A stretch of DNA of 64,000 nucleotides, taken from contig NC_043006.1 of the NCBI RefSeq assembly GCF_006345805.1, forward strand, positions 44,826,001 through 44,890,000, given 5' to 3'. The DNA comes from Octopus sinensis. Lineage: Eukaryota. The translations under genes and the position numbers were made by a program. The notes under the pieces are model-generated. The model saw nothing but the letters and a program-made list of their open reading frames with translations, searched no databases and had not been told where the DNA came from. Each line of letters opens with the position of its first letter. Position 1 is the first letter of the stretch. Shown one piece after another: positions 63,132 through 64,000 of this stretch.

Positions 63132-64000
63132 AGTTTTTGTACGAAGCACTGGTAACGAAGCCGGAGAAATAATAATAGAAAAGTGATAATCATAACACTC
63201 TTCACAGAATGTCCAGGTCATTAAAATTCTGTAAGAAAAGCTATAAGGATACTACAAGTAATTAACACGCCCTTTACATTATATGTGTATATCTAAATGT
63301 GTGTACGCTCCTATTTGCATATGTGTGTATGGGTGTACGCATAGACTTATACAAATGGCAAGCGCATTTCTCTATATATGTTTATAGGTGTGAGTACAGC
63401 AATATATATATATGTATTTATATATGTGTATGTACACACACACACACACACACAGACACACAGACACACACACACACATACACACACACATACACACACA
63501 CACACACATATAGAATGTTAGGTGTGGTGTACAGATGTTGAATATTGAGTAAAAAGGTCGCCAGAAGTTTGGAAAAAACTTTTATTTTTTCATTATTATT
63601 TGTCCTATTGTTCGTTTCTCGAACTTGTCAAATAGAATTTTGTGAATGTACAAACAGCTTGTTCATCTATATAAAGCAAATTTCTCTTTGTTTAGAAGAG
63701 AAGAACATTGTTTTTGCTTTTTTAGGTGAGGTTCCATGACAATGGAGATAGGTAGAAGGATAGGTAGGTAGATAGATTAATCGATAGATTGATAGATATA
63801 TGGTCAGAAGATTGACAGATAGAGAGGTAGAGAGAGAAGTTGGGAGATCCCCCTTCCTATTCCCCATTCATTTATTTATTCTGTAATTTATCATTGTATT
63901 GAAATGGGTTTTTTTTAATGGATGGTAACCTCTTCAAGAAAAACAAGAGAACGTGCTGTGGCCATCACTGAAAGTCTTTTTGCTTTCTTTCTCTCTTTTT

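Overview
AT-rich eukaryotic genomic DNA, dense in microsatellites and transposons. The repeat content (Dong/R4-type LINEs in (TAA)n tracts, tRNA-derived SINEs with internal microsatellites, Penelope-like ends) looks like an octopus (coleoid cephalopod) genome; this is an inference. Two spliced genes face each other. (1) Plus strand, 10 coding exons from 9016 to 45158, all GT-AG and phase-compatible, 3006 nt or 1001 aa. It encodes a short helical N-terminal module, an intact BDLP/mitofusin-type dynamin-like GTPase (GETGAGKS, T, DTPG, NRWD), a long helical stalk, and a C-terminal kinase fold that has lost its catalytic motifs (HPE for HRD, GMA for DFG, no Gly-loop). It is therefore a DSTYK-like GTPase-pseudokinase fusion. 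(2) Minus strand, 4 coding exons from 58561 to 50850, about 610 aa: a signal peptide plus three vWA domains, two of them near-identical tandem exons lacking the last MIDAS Asp. The rest is mobile DNA: stacked Dong/R4 LINEs, a Gypsy LTR remnant with a tRNA-Ser PBS, a mariner remnant, two non-autonomous Helitrons, Penelope-like termini with hammerhead-like cores, many SINEs and simple repeats. Exon boundaries were read base by base; most repeat boundaries are approximate.
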